DNA of 64,000 nt, from assembly GCA_002633005.1 (NCBI GenBank), contig NMRA01000244.1, forward strand, positions 162,926 through 226,925, written 5' to 3'. The stretch comes from Phoronis australis (Eukaryota; Animalia; Phoronida). The notes beneath the pieces are model-generated. The model was given only the letters and a program-made list of their open reading frames with translations. It was not told where the DNA came from and made no database searches. Made by a program: the position numbers and the translations under genes. This document shows positions 63,959 to 64,000 of the stretch, one piece after another; positions within the stretch are counted from its first letter, which is position 1; every line of letters begins with the position of its first letter.

Positions 63959-64000
63959 CACACACACACACACGCACACACACACACAGACACACACACA
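63959..64000 (+). repeat. (CA)n microsatellite
   Basis: Direct inspection; runs to the window end. Confidence 0.95.

Overview
AT-rich, intron-rich eukaryotic DNA, most likely from an invertebrate animal; nothing prokaryotic and no CRISPR array. It holds two divergent spliced genes that I assembled by hand from splice sites and reading phase. (1) Minus strand: a voltage-gated calcium channel alpha2-delta subunit (alpha2delta-3/4, straightjacket-like). The ATG is at 37779 and 28 phase-consistent exons run down to 5784 (2815 nt, about 938 codons); the delta-chain exons appear to lie beyond the window start. (2) Plus strand: a ZNF292/RLF/ZNF654-family gene, from about 44383/47093 to beyond 63791, including a 3663-nt exon. 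The introns contain two P-like non-autonomous elements with 8-bp TSDs, CAG-ended MITEs with 5-bp TSDs, a Penelope-like relic with a decayed hammerhead, an L2/CR1-type 3' fragment and a tRNA-derived segment enclosed by TIRs. The most unusual observations are a 77-bp tandem array that multiplies one splice acceptor six times (the five upstream copies lead to an in-frame stop), a frame-shifting cassette exon and an apparently exonised 27-nt intron remnant in the alpha2delta gene, an R-to-K change in its amino-acid-binding motif, and an insertion of about 810 aa splitting the conserved ZNF292-type domain. Homology calls rest on my recall of family sequences, not on database searches.
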